The position numbers and the translations under genes were made by a program. From positions 94,054,001-94,118,000 of the forward strand of contig OZ024745.1 in the NCBI GenBank assembly GCA_964016885.1: DNA of 64,000 nucleotides, read 5' to 3'. Numbering within the stretch: the stretch's first letter is position 1; every line of letters begins with the position of its first letter. Below the pieces are notes generated by a model. The model saw only the letters and a list, made by a program, of their open reading frames with translations, did not search any database and had not been told where the DNA came from. Source of the stretch: Eledone cirrhosa (taxonomy: Eukaryota). This document shows positions 63,904 to 64,000 of the stretch, one piece after another.

Positions 63904-64000
63904 TAACTATTGCAAAGCATTTTGTCCGACTTTCTACCGATTCTGCCAATCCACCGCCCTATTAACTGCTGCTAATTAATCCTAGCTACTCAAGCTTGCA

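Overview
Eukaryotic, repeat-rich genomic DNA; the SINE, RTE and microsatellite landscape is what I associate with octopus/coleoid cephalopods (inference). The one host gene I can support is almost invisible in the ORF track: six phase-compatible GT-AG exons on the + strand (7105-27769) encode the C-terminal part of a gasdermin E/pejvakin-like protein, with a DVLD|S caspase-3-type site just after the pore-forming domain. Its 5' exons appear to lie upstream of the window. The rest is mobile DNA and tandem repeats. There are two Tx1/L1-clade LINEs (one full length), both followed by TATC at the 3' junction, and a near-complete RTE LINE with an uninterrupted 1002-aa ORF carrying a PHD finger inside the RT region. 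A ~10.5-kb nest of Penelope-like fragments (29.3-39.8 kb) holds about ten type I hammerhead-ribozyme motifs of several families in nested inverted repeats. Also present: a Helitron, piggyBac/hAT/Tc1-type MITEs, a hAT transposase relic, many SINEs and several minisatellites. All calls are by eye, without database searches.
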